Below, piece by piece: positions 1 to 7,285 of a stretch of 64,000 nucleotides of DNA (its first letter is position 1; each line of letters begins with the position of its first letter). Made by a program: the position numbers and the translations under genes. This DNA comes from an uncultured virus (IMG/VR IMGVR_UViG_3300020049_007132). Its lineage: Duplodnaviria; Heunggongvirae; Uroviricota; Caudoviricetes; Crassvirales. The DNA lies in the IMG/VR virus record IMGVR_UViG_3300020049_007132; one strand, 5' to 3'. A model generated the notes under the pieces. It was given only the letters and a program-made list of their open reading frames with translations, was not told the DNA's origin and made no database searches.

Positions 1-159
1 TTCTTGCAAGTCGCAACTATAAGCCTCAATTCCTTTTGCTCTTAATTCCTTTGTTATGGCTTGACTTTCCTCAAATCCGACAAGAAAAGGCTGCTTATAA
101 CAGCACCTACCAAAAAGAGGCTGTTCGGTGGTTAAATCAAGTGTATTGCTTCGTATCAT
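1..159 (-). CDS. Putative DNA (cytosine-5) methyltransferase, N-terminal part (runs off the window)
   Basis: Manual translation MIRSNTLDLTTEQPLFGRCCYKQPFLVGFEESQAITKELRAKGIEAYSCDLQE resembles the 'VLVACEESQ...FRAKGHEAYSCD' start of phage C5-MTase-like proteins. Its ATG (157-159) lies inside palindrome 1. Confidence 0.6.
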   Translation of the reverse strand, partial: MIRSNTLDLTTEQPLFGRCCYKQPFLVGFEESQAITKELRAKGIEAYSCDLQE

Positions 160-229
160 ATTTAGTGGTTGTTTGAAAATTTGTGCTTCGTAATCGCCTC
201 CTTCTGGTAGCTGCAAACCGTTAGTGGCA
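93..229. repeat. attC-like palindromic element 1
   Basis: GCTTATAAC(93-101)-AGCACCTACCAAAAAGAGGC ... GCCTCCTTCTGGTAGCTGC-AAACC-GTTAGTGGCA(220-229): imperfect inverted repeat with AAC/GTT ends. Confidence 0.75.
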
Positions 230-233
230 ATCG

Positions 234-506
234 TTAAGACAACTCCGAAGGTCTCCAACGACTTCCTCTTGTTAACCAATGTGGATTATCTCCCGACTTT
301 CCGAATGACTTTTGAAATTCAATCGGCTTTCCTGTGTTGCCTTCAAAGTAAGCATCTAACATATGTGGAGCTTCTTTGGTGTAAACCCAACCTTCTTCAT
401 CAATGATGTCTTTTACCTTATCCCAATATTGAGCGTAAGCCGATTGAAAACGACTGCCACTAACATCGGTTTGGCAAGATTGGGGGTTTTGTTCTGAATT
501 GTTCAT
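234..506 (-). CDS. Hypothetical protein (cassette-borne)
   Basis: 90-aa ORF. It starts inside palindrome 2 (N-terminus MNNSEQNPQSCQTDVSGS is encoded by the element) and stops just before palindrome 1. Confidence 0.7.
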   Translation of the reverse strand: MNNSEQNPQSCQTDVSGSRFQSAYAQYWDKVKDIIDEEGWVYTKEAPHMLDAYFEGNTGKPIEFQKSFGKSGDNPHWLTRGSRWRPSELS

Positions 507-592
507 TTGTATTTCTATTTAAAATTTGTACTAAAATTGAGCGATTGTGCTTTTAAGTCCCCAACCTCGCCAAGCCGAGAACCGTTACCTGC
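455..592. repeat. attC-like palindromic element 2
   Basis: TGCCACTAAC(455-464)-ATCGGTTTGGCAAGATTGGGG ... CCCCAACCTCGCCAAGCCGA-GAACC-GTTACCTGC(584-592). Confidence 0.75.
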
Positions 593-597
593 AAGTG

Positions 598-1356
598 CTA
601 CATTTCGTTTCCAAATAGAGTTCCTGCCTGTAAATCTTTTTCTTTTCTTTTTTCTCCCACCCTTTCAAAAGCAAGATTAAAATATTTTTCTTCAAGTTCA
701 ATCCCAATACATTTTCTATTAGTATTTAAACAAGCTATTGGTGTTGTTCCGCTTCCCATACAATTATCTAAAACAGTTTCATTTTCATTTGTGTATATTT
801 TAATTAGAGTTTCCATTAAAGATATTGGCTTTGCTGTCGGATGTGGGTGTCCTTTTCCACTTGGGTTTGCAACTTTTATTACACTCCTATTATATCCTGT
901 TTTAGTCGTTACATAGTCCTTACTATCCTTGCAATGTTTCAACTGCCTGACATCCGTTCCTCTTCCTGATTTTATGTAGCAATCTTCCAAAGTTAATTGA
1001 TTATATATTGGCGGTTTTTTGTAAAACACTAAAATATTTTCGTGAAATTTCAACGGATTAAGTTTCGCAAGTTGAAAATTACTCGCCTTTGTTTTTTCCC
1101 AAATCCATTCGTATCTAAATAATTTTGGATTACTCATTACCAAAGCACTTGTAAATGGTTGCGAAGCAGTTAAAACTATTGCACCATTTGGCTTTATAAT
1201 CCTTTCGTATTGCTCCCAAAGTTTATCAAATGGGATTATAGTATCCCATTTGCAATTTGTAGTCCCGTAAGGCAAATCGCATAAAATTAAATCAATGCTT
1301 TCGTTTTTTATTTGCTTCATTATTTCCAAGCAATCTCCGTTTCTTAAATCTATCAT
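598..1356 (-). CDS. Site-specific DNA methyltransferase (N6-adenine/N4-cytosine, beta class)
   Basis: Catalytic motif IV variant DLPY (DLILCDLPYG) near the N-terminus, HPTAKP, and SAM-binding VLDNCMGSGTT near the C-terminus. Confidence 0.92.
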   Translation of the reverse strand: MIDLRNGDCLEIMKQIKNESIDLILCDLPYGTTNCKWDTIIPFDKLWEQYERIIKPNGAIVLTASQPFTSALVMSNPKLFRYEWIWEKTKASNFQLAKLNPLKFHENILVFYKKPPIYNQLTLEDCYIKSGRGTDVRQLKHCKDSKDYVTTKTGYNRSVIKVANPSGKGHPHPTAKPISLMETLIKIYTNENETVLDNCMGSGTTPIACLNTNRKCIGIELEEKYFNLAFERVGEKRKEKDLQAGTLFGNEM

Positions 1357-1529
1357 ATTTTATCCATTTTAACAATACAAATTCTGTTTCCAAAAAACCA
1401 TTTACTCCAAGTAATTTTATATGCTCCAAACCACAATTTCCCAACATTATAATAGTCTGTATTTCTATTTTCCTTTAGTATGTATTTTATTAGTATCATT
1501 TTTAATTTTTTCAAAATTATTTTTGCCAT
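1353..1529 (-). CDS. Small hypothetical protein (58 aa)
   Basis: Manual translation MAKIILKKLKMILIKY...KMDKI. Its stop overlaps the MTase start (ATGA). Confidence 0.5.
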   Translation of the reverse strand: MAKIILKKLKMILIKYILKENRNTDYYNVGKLWFGAYKITWSKWFFGNRICIVKMDKI

Positions 1530-1596
1530 CGCTCAAAAAAAGAAAAGAAAAAGCGTTTGCGTTTCAATTCAAGTTCTATGGTAATAATCCGCACCA

Positions 1597-1731
1597 GCAG
1601 GTAACACGTGCTATACAAAAGAGGCGGTTCAGTTCTCCGCAGAAACATTTGTGGTTAAACAAACATTTGTACTCCGTATCAACTTTAGTGGTAATAATCG
1701 CCTCCTTCGTATAGCACCATACGTTATTTGT
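1597..1731. repeat. attC-like palindromic element 3
   Basis: GCAGGTAAC(1597-1605)-ACGTGCTATACAAAAGAGGCG ... CGCCTCCTTCGTATAGCAC-CATAC-GTTATTTG. The loop sequence is related to element 1. Confidence 0.75.
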
Positions 1732-1945
1732 TTAAGTCTGATAGTTGTTGTTGTAACCTTATCATCATCGCATCCGTTCTATTATTCAATCCCATACTTT
1801 CTGCTTCATCACTTTGAAATCGAACCTCTTTCAACACATCAATACAGTGCTGTAAGGTTATCTTTGCACACTCTTTAGATAATTGAGCATAGGAAAACCC
1901 ATTGGTCATTAATACATCACAATGTTTTTCTTCAAGTAAGGTCAT
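1724..1945 (-). CDS. Hypothetical protein
   Basis: 73-aa ORF in a tightly packed minus-strand run. Its TAA overlaps the end of element 3. Confidence 0.65.
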   Translation of the reverse strand: MTLLEEKHCDVLMTNGFSYAQLSKECAKITLQHCIDVLKEVRFQSDEAESMGLNNRTDAMMIRLQQQLSDLNK

Positions 1946-1948
1946 GGG

Positions 1949-2284
1949 TTATTTGTTTTGATTGTACCATTTTATAAATTCTACTATTGCAAGCCAAACT
2001 GATTCCTGCTTTGTTTTGCCTTCCTTATCAATAATGGTTTGGTTTGATGTAAGGTGCATCTTTTGAATTGTGCATTGCTTTCTCTTTATGATTATATATA
2101 AATCATGCTTCTGTTCAAGCAAATCAACAATATGAATTAGCTTTCCAAATAACTTTGCCTTGTGAAAGGATATGCTATCAATATTCTCGCCACCCTTTCT
2201 GTAAACATGAGGAGGAAAATGTGTAGCAAGAACCCATCCTCCTGCATCAGCAATAAGTCTGTTTCCTTCGATTATGTCTGTCAT
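1949..2284 (-). CDS. Hypothetical phage protein
   Basis: 111 aa with an 'EGNRLIA...AIVEFIKWYN' pattern of a kind common in Bacteroidota phage small ORFs. Confidence 0.7.
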   Translation of the reverse strand: MTDIIEGNRLIADAGGWVLATHFPPHVYRKGGENIDSISFHKAKLFGKLIHIVDLLEQKHDLYIIIKRKQCTIQKMHLTSNQTIIDKEGKTKQESVWLAIVEFIKWYNQNK

Positions 2285-2565
2285 GGTTTATACTCTTTAA
2301 TGAAAATGTCAAATAACTGATCTGTTGACTTAAACTTTTCTATGGTGCATGTATTTTCGCCGTTTTCTAAACTGTTATTTACCATAAGCATAAAATCTTC
2401 AAAATAATTTTGCTTTACCCAATTATGAAATGCAACACAAATAGGCTTAACATCAATAGTAATTGTTTGATATGGTAGTTGATTAGGGAATAGTTCGCCT
2501 ATCGTTTGTTTCGTTCCACTTGCCTCTGTCTTAATTACTTTTATTGGATTATCGTTGTGGTTCAT
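2281..2565 (-). CDS. Hypothetical protein
   Basis: 94 aa, ATGA-coupled on both sides. Confidence 0.65.
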   Translation of the reverse strand: MNHNDNPIKVIKTEASGTKQTIGELFPNQLPYQTITIDVKPICVAFHNWVKQNYFEDFMLMVNNSLENGENTCTIEKFKSTDQLFDIFIKEYKP

Positions 2566-2885
2566 TGGTCGATATTTTGTTGATGCTTTATAAATTTTAC
2601 TTCTGTTCTTTCTTCATTACACCATTCAAAATGCCCTTGTTCACCATAAAAAATCCAAGTATTCCCATCAACGCTGTTCTCAACTCTTATAATAACAGGG
2701 TCATAATTAAGCAGTTTGGGAAAAATGAGAGGGGACAGCCCTTCAGTTAATTCATTGAATCGCTCTGCATTTTTCTTTTGACGCTTGCTTCTACGCAGCG
2801 CAATACCCTTCCTGAAAAACACCAATCCACCTACAAAAAGAAATACAACAGCAAGGAAAGATAAAGGAAGGATTAAGACGTTCAT
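2562..2885 (-). CDS. Hypothetical membrane-anchored protein
   Basis: N-terminal hydrophobic helix followed by a basic stretch; ATGA coupling. Confidence 0.65.
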   Translation of the reverse strand: MNVLILPLSFLAVVFLFVGGLVFFRKGIALRRSKRQKKNAERFNELTEGLSPLIFPKLLNYDPVIIRVENSVDGNTWIFYGEQGHFEWCNEERTEVKFIKHQQNIDQ

Positions 2886-3085
2886 GGTTTTATTTTGATG
2901 TGTAATGTTTCGCCGTTCATAAATACTGATACATAGCCACTACTTTTTGCCTTTTTAGAACTTCCCGCAAATGAACTAAAGGTAACTGCACCGTTGGGGT
3001 TTAAGTTTTTCTTCAAAGCATCAAATTCGGATTGTGTCATTTCAACTATTCTTTCTTTCATAATTATTATTTTTTCACTTGTCAA
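2882..3085 (-). CDS. Hypothetical protein (start may be the ATG at 3061)
   Basis: Coupled stop/start at 2882-2885; TATATTTG -7 box on the minus strand at about 3083-3090. Confidence 0.55.
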   Translation of the reverse strand: MTSEKIIIMKERIVEMTQSEFDALKKNLNPNGAVTFSSFAGSSKKAKSSGYVSVFMNGETLHIKIKP

Positions 3086-3104
3086 ATATACAACCCCTTT
3101 ATGC

Positions 3105-3323
3105 TTATTTCCTAATTTTACACGTAAATTTTAGTGCAAGGAGTGATTGATTATGTGCTTCAATAGCCCTATACATTTTGAATGGCAATGATTCCTGAAT
3201 TTGGGTGGAAACAAAACAACCCTTTGCATCACCATTTAAAACTTCAATGGCTTCTGGAATATTTTTCACTTTTGTATAGATTGTTTTTTTGCCCTTAAAA
3301 TATCTTAGTGTGTACGGTTTCAT
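3105..3323 (-). CDS. Hypothetical protein
   Basis: 72-aa ORF flanked by a 23-bp direct repeat (3109-3131 and 3353-3375). Confidence 0.6.
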   Translation of the reverse strand: MKPYTLRYFKGKKTIYTKVKNIPEAIEVLNGDAKGCFVSTQIQESLPFKMYRAIEAHNQSLLALKFTCKIRK

Positions 3324-3352
3324 ACATCAAATATCCTATCAATAATTATAAA

Positions 3353-3425
3353 TTCCTAATTTTACACGTAAATTTATTTTTAAGTTGCTTTTTACACGTA
3401 AATATGTTTAAATTTACAGCGTAAA
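3353..3425. promoter_or_regulatory. Divergent promoter region with three TTTAC-N2/3-GTAAA palindromes
   Basis: TTTACACGTAAA at 3361-3372 and 3391-3402, TTTACAGCGTAAA at 3413-3425, between divergent gene runs. Confidence 0.7.
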
Positions 3426-3436
3426 TCAAAATAATC

Positions 3437-4516
3437 ATGAACAAAAAAGAAGAACTAAAGACAATCATTGATTCCTTAAATAACCTTATGGGTAAGATTG
3501 ATTCGGTGGATGAACCGAAACCTTCAACTGATTTCACCACAGGAAATAATGCGTTCAAACATTTACAGAAGCCTAAGTACCCCGAAGGAATATTGTCGTT
3601 TAAAACTTGTTACGATCAAATAGTTTCTTTTAAAAATCAAGTTGGTAACTATCAAAATTGGTGTAATGGACACTTGGGAAAGGAAAGAGAGAATATTGTT
3701 CCATCAACTATCCATTCAGTAAAGAACAGCAAAGGAGAAGTGTTTACTATTGGGGATTTGACACAATACGGAAACATTACAGGATTCACGTTAGGAGCAG
3801 AAGATGTGTATGCTTCATTTGAAGGTGGTTATACTGTTAGTTCGCCTGTTGATTGGCTTGTCAAGAAAGAGCCTCAACCTTCATGGAAAGATCAGATTGT
3901 TGCGTATAGGTGGAATGGTGAAGTGTATTATAGAAATGTAGCTACCTTTTCTTTTAGTCGATATGATACTTCAATAGGTGCTCGTACACTAAAAGAAGAA
4001 GAACAGACTGAAATCTTTAGAGTGCGTAACAAAGCAGGTGTTAAATTTAGTGTTGGAGATTATGCTCATTATGAGAATGGTTCAGAAGTAAAGATTAATT
4101 CATTCTTTATTAGTAACGGGCTTGATTCTTCATTACATGAAATAATAATAGCCATGCACTCTAATGGAAGCTGTGGAATTGATTTATTAACCAAAGCCGA
4201 ACCTAAGAAAGAACCAAAGCCGTTATTCAAAACAGAGGATGGGTTTGATGTGTTTGAAGGTGATGGATATTTCGCTGTTAGAAACAGTGATTTTCATATC
4301 TGTGAATACGCTGCACTATTCGCAAAGTATCTTGTTGATGAAGGGTATTACACCCGCTTCAAACACAAATCCAACGCCGAAAAGTATGTGGCTGAAAATA
4401 AAAAAAGTATCAGCTATAAAGAGTTGGAAGATTATGTAGTGCTAACAACACCTTTTTTAAAGTTGCCTGAACAAGTATCACTTCGGAATATTTTAAATCA
4501 TTTTAAACCACAATAA
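3437..4516 (+). CDS. Hypothetical phage protein with internal repeats
   Basis: 359 aa with repeated motifs IHSVKNSKGEVFTIGD / IFRVRNKAGVKFSVGD / LFKTEDGFDVFEGD. Confidence 0.8.
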   Translation: MNKKEELKTIIDSLNNLMGKIDSVDEPKPSTDFTTGNNAFKHLQKPKYPEGILSFKTCYDQIVSFKNQVGNYQNWCNGHLGKERENIVPSTIHSVKNSKGEVFTIGDLTQYGNITGFTLGAEDVYASFEGGYTVSSPVDWLVKKEPQPSWKDQIVAYRWNGEVYYRNVATFSFSRYDTSIGARTLKEEEQTEIFRVRNKAGVKFSVGDYAHYENGSEVKINSFFISNGLDSSLHEIIIAMHSNGSCGIDLLTKAEPKKEPKPLFKTEDGFDVFEGDGYFAVRNSDFHICEYAALFAKYLVDEGYYTRFKHKSNAEKYVAENKKSISYKELEDYVVLTTPFLKLPEQVSLRNILNHFKPQ

Positions 4517-4518
4517 TC

Positions 4519-5112
4519 ATGACAACACAACAAAAGATAAGTGCCATTTTAGGACAGGAAAATTACAAAGTGTCTGATGGAAAAGTCCTACGCTATGACC
4601 AATTAGATGATAAATTTAAACCTGTAATAGTTTCAGGAAATAGGATTCCTTTAGTAAAGACAGGACAAATTGTTGAAATCTTCGCATGGGATGATGTTAA
4701 AAGTGTTATTGATGGGATGGGTGGTGCTGCGTGGACACTTGATGGTAGAGAATTATCCGAAAAAATAATCGGAACAGTTGATGTGCCGGACTTTCCAATT
4801 CATGTAAAAGACAAATTAGATGTGATTGTAAAAATCAATAAAGCAAAGAATGTGAAAGAAGTAAAAAAAGTAATCAATAAGACAAAAAAGCAAATCATGG
4901 CAAAAAAGAAAAAGGCAGAAACAAAAACAAAGTCCAACCGTAAACCATCTGTGAATTTAACGGATGAACATATCGCTATCATAAAAAAAGAACACAACAA
5001 AGGAACTTCCAAAATGGCAATAGCAAGATTGCTTTCAGAGAAAACAGGAATGGACGTTACAAGGTTTATTGTTATGTATCACGTTAAAAAGATTGATGCT
5101 AAGAAAAAGTAA
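4519..5112 (+). CDS. Putative DNA-binding protein (C-terminal HTH)
   Basis: Lys-rich linker followed by LTDEHIAIIKKEHNKGTSKMAIARLLS, an HTH-like segment. Confidence 0.55.
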   Translation: MTTQQKISAILGQENYKVSDGKVLRYDQLDDKFKPVIVSGNRIPLVKTGQIVEIFAWDDVKSVIDGMGGAAWTLDGRELSEKIIGTVDVPDFPIHVKDKLDVIVKINKAKNVKEVKKVINKTKKQIMAKKKKAETKTKSNRKPSVNLTDEHIAIIKKEHNKGTSKMAIARLLSEKTGMDVTRFIVMYHVKKIDAKKK

Positions 5113-5138
5113 TTTTCACACATTAAACCACTAACCCA

Positions 5139-5300
5139 ATGAACTCTTTAATCCTTATTGAAGATCGTTTAGAGGCTGTTGTAAAAGCATTTGTATGTGA
5201 AGAAGTACAACCTATAATAGATGATAGAAAAGATGCCTTAGAAGGTGTTTGTGTGCATGATGAAGGGTGTTGTTTTGCTGCGTTGAACGTTTTAAAATAA
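5139..5300 (+). CDS. Small hypothetical protein (53 aa)
   Basis: Manual translation MNSLILIEDRLEAVVKAF...ALNVLK; fills the gap between neighbouring ORFs. Confidence 0.5.
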   Translation: MNSLILIEDRLEAVVKAFVCEEVQPIIDDRKDALEGVCVHDEGCCFAALNVLK

Positions 5301-5307
5301 ATTAATC

Positions 5308-5547
5308 ATGAAAAACATTATGACGAATATGAAAAAGTATTGGATTAAAAATCTAAGTAAATTACGTCAATTATTTACCTTAGAATCGTTACCGTTTTTC
5401 TTCACTCGAAAGACAATGATAGAATTTTGCGAATGGAGTAAGCAAGCAGAATGGCGGGATGGAAAACGAAAAGGAGCATTTATAAAAAATGAATGGAAAT
5501 CCTACATAACTCTTTTTTTGAATGACAGACGTGCAAACAAAAAATAA
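5308..5547 (+). CDS. Hypothetical protein
   Basis: 79 aa, flanked by a 26-bp direct repeat (5290-5315 and 5555-5580). Confidence 0.55.
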   Translation: MKNIMTNMKKYWIKNLSKLRQLFTLESLPFFFTRKTMIEFCEWSKQAEWRDGKRKGAFIKNEWKSYITLFLNDRRANKK

Positions 5548-5572
5548 ATTAACTTTTTAAAACAAATTAATC

Positions 5573-5827
5573 ATGAAAAAAAGAATCACTATTACCATTG
5601 ACACTGACGAAATCAAGTCAACAGAAATCAAGTCAACATCATTAATGCTACCTTTTACCGAACGTGCAATGAGAGTATTAGATGACTATCTAAATGCAAG
5701 TGGTAAAGAAGCAAGGCGAATAGCATCAGTAAAAGCAAAAGAACTTTACAAAGAATACTACGGAATTGATTACGTCAATCGTAACGAACGGAATTATATA
5801 CTAAGCAGATTTGCAGAAACCAACTAA
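5573..5827 (+). CDS. Hypothetical protein
   Basis: 84 aa; contains an exact 15-bp tandem duplication at 5609-5638 (EIKST x2). Confidence 0.65.
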   Translation: MKKRITITIDTDEIKSTEIKSTSLMLPFTERAMRVLDDYLNASGKEARRIASVKAKELYKEYYGIDYVNRNERNYILSRFAETN

Positions 5828-5896
5828 ACACTTTGAATTAATGGTTGTGTGGTGGTATATTTGATTTAAGATTTTGATTTGTTGTTTGAAAATACT

Positions 5897-5959
5897 TTGG
5901 CTGCGGACATAACTTTCTACTGACTTGTCCTTAATTGAAACTAAGGGTTAAGCAGCCAA
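5897..5959 (+). ncRNA. Candidate small structured RNA A
   Basis: Closing stem TTGGCTGC/GCAGCCAA, internal hairpins, followed by TGTTCTTTTT. Confidence 0.4.
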
Positions 5960-5975
5960 TGTTCTTTTTAAGATT

Positions 5976-6110
5976 AGGCAGTGATAGTAAAGGAGTGTCA
6001 CTTGCAAAAGATTTCTACCCGCTAAGTAGTGTTTTATGCCAGAAATGGTACGGGGGATTAATTGATACCGGAATAGAAATATTCCCAATGTTTTGCACTA
6101 TCACTTGCCT
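5976..6110 (+). ncRNA. Candidate multi-stem RNA B
   Basis: Closing stem AGGCAGTGATAGT/ACTATCACTTGCCT; inner TGCAAAA/TTTTGCA; GGAATA-GAAA-TATTCC GNRA hairpin; U-rich tail. Confidence 0.5.
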
Positions 6111-6176
6111 TTCTTTTGTGCTTTGAGTTTTTAAAAGTTTTCTGTGTAGCCATTCTCACCCATCACTTTAATAAAG

Positions 6177-6339
6177 CATTGGTAGTACGGCGGACAGTGA
6201 GCCGATGGAGAACATGGTCGCTCTGTGTTCGAGTTTTCGTTTAGGGGTCGTAACCCTTGTCGTTGAACAGTTGCAATATTTTCGCAAATCGTTAGGCGAA
6301 TGAAGCAATACTGCAAGTCAAACCTTGCTGCTACCAATG
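6177..6339 (+). ncRNA. Candidate tRNA-like RNA C with a large interior
   Basis: 11-bp closing stem CATTGGTAGTA/TGCTACCAATG, with a T-arm-like GCAAG-TCAAAC-CTTGC just before the 3' strand; U-rich tail. Confidence 0.5.
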
Positions 6340-6366
6340 TTCTTTTGTTCTTTGATTTTTTAATTT

Positions 6367-6491
6367 GTTGGAGTGGCGGAATTGGCAGACGCTGAAATAA
6401 AAACCGGAAAGTAACTTTCTCGACGGAGAAAATAGGATAAGGGCGTAGTGGACGAAACTACGTGATGAAGGTTCAAATCCTTCCTCCAACA
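6367..6491 (+). ncRNA. tRNA-Leu-like RNA with a non-canonical, expanded anticodon region
   Basis: Acceptor GTTGGAG/CTCCAAC+A; Leu-type D arm GCGGAATTGGCAGACGC; variable arm CGTAGT/ACTACG; T arm GAAGG-TTCAAAT-CCTTC. It is 125 nt long with no canonical anticodon stem-loop. Confidence 0.7.
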
Positions 6492-6625
6492 CATAAATGG
6501 CGGTTCATGATAGGTGGAGTGTCTTAGTAAGGTTGACATCCGAAAAGCACGTTGAAACTGAAAGTAAGTACCTACGGTGAAGCAATTCACTTTAAGCCGA
6601 ACTCAATCAAGGATGGTCTGACTTA

Positions 6626-6651
6626 GCCTTTCAAAGTAAAGGCACTTTTTT
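6626..6651 (+). terminator. Intrinsic terminator
   Basis: GCCTTT-caaagt-AAAGGC followed by ac and T6. Confidence 0.55.
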
Positions 6652-6683
6652 GTTAATCATTTCACTTTAAAATAAATCAAGTC

Positions 6684-6866
6684 ATGCTAAAGTTTCAGTT
6701 GTACATTGACAAAAAGAAGGAGTACCGTTGGAGGTTATTATCATCAAACGGAAAAATTGTTGCTGACTGTGCCGAAGGGTACAAGCAACGTGCTTCATGT
6801 GTTAAAGCGGTAAACAAAATAATTGGTAAGATTGTATTCGACAAATTTAAAATTGTTGACGCTTAG
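6684..6866 (+). CDS. YegP/DUF1508-family protein
   Basis: FQLYIDKKKEYRWRLLSSNGKIVADCAEGYKQRASC matches the family pattern. Confidence 0.85.
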   Translation: MLKFQLYIDKKKEYRWRLLSSNGKIVADCAEGYKQRASCVKAVNKIIGKIVFDKFKIVDA

Positions 6867-6888
6867 TACGATGCTGTGTGGGTTCAGC

Positions 6889-6936
6889 ACTGCCACGAAG
6901 TAATGTTTTTTTGAGTTATTAGTGGCAGTTTTTTTT
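6889..6936 (+). terminator. Intrinsic terminator
   Basis: ACTGCCAC ... GTGGCAGT followed by a T-run. Confidence 0.6.
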
Positions 6937-7072
6937 CATCTTCAAACCACCTATCCCATGAAATTCTTAAACAAATACGGCTGTGAAATTCTTGCATGGA
7001 TTATATCAGCAATAGCTATTTACTTTATTTTCTATGGAATGATTAATCTTTTCACTCTTTTAAAATCCTACA

Positions 7073-7285
7073 TTGACTAAAATGATACCACTTGAAAGCT
7101 ACATAAAGAAGCATACTAAGACACCTGTTCTATTTTCACCTGAATTAAAGAAAGTGATAGTACAGTATTGTGGTGAAGTATTTGATGAAGGTAAACTTGC
7201 AGCAATGGCAAGCTATCAGAATCATTTAGGATTTAATCATGAACAGATTGAAGAAAAAAAACAATCAACACTAAAAACAATATGA
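7073..7285 (+). CDS. Hypothetical protein (likely start ATG 7082)
   Basis: ATGA-coupled to the next gene. Confidence 0.55.
   Translation: MTKMIPLESYIKKHTKTPVLFSPELKKVIVQYCGEVFDEGKLAAMASYQNHLGFNHEQIEEKKQSTLKTI

Noticed and set aside
93..1731. CRISPR array or simple terminators as the explanation for the palindromes
   Set aside because: The units are ~135 bp, diverged and separated by whole genes, with no U-tracts and no cas genes.
224..1878. Plus-strand ORFs 224-406, 1421-1714 and 1651-1878
   Set aside because: They are antisense shadows of better minus-strand genes and of the palindromic elements.
2281..2890. TCATGGTTT 9-bp repeat as another insertion boundary
   Set aside because: It is short and equals a common AAACCATGA stop/start context; not distinguishable from chance.
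5609..5638. 15-bp exact tandem duplication
   Set aside because: A single in-frame slippage duplication with no sign of a larger array.
6367..6491. Canonical tRNA gene
   Set aside because: There is no 5-bp stem/7-nt loop anticodon arm at the expected position; reported as tRNA-like instead.
6499..6600. Hammerhead ribozyme
   Set aside because: It has stems and GAAA, but I could not find a correctly placed CUGAnGA core.
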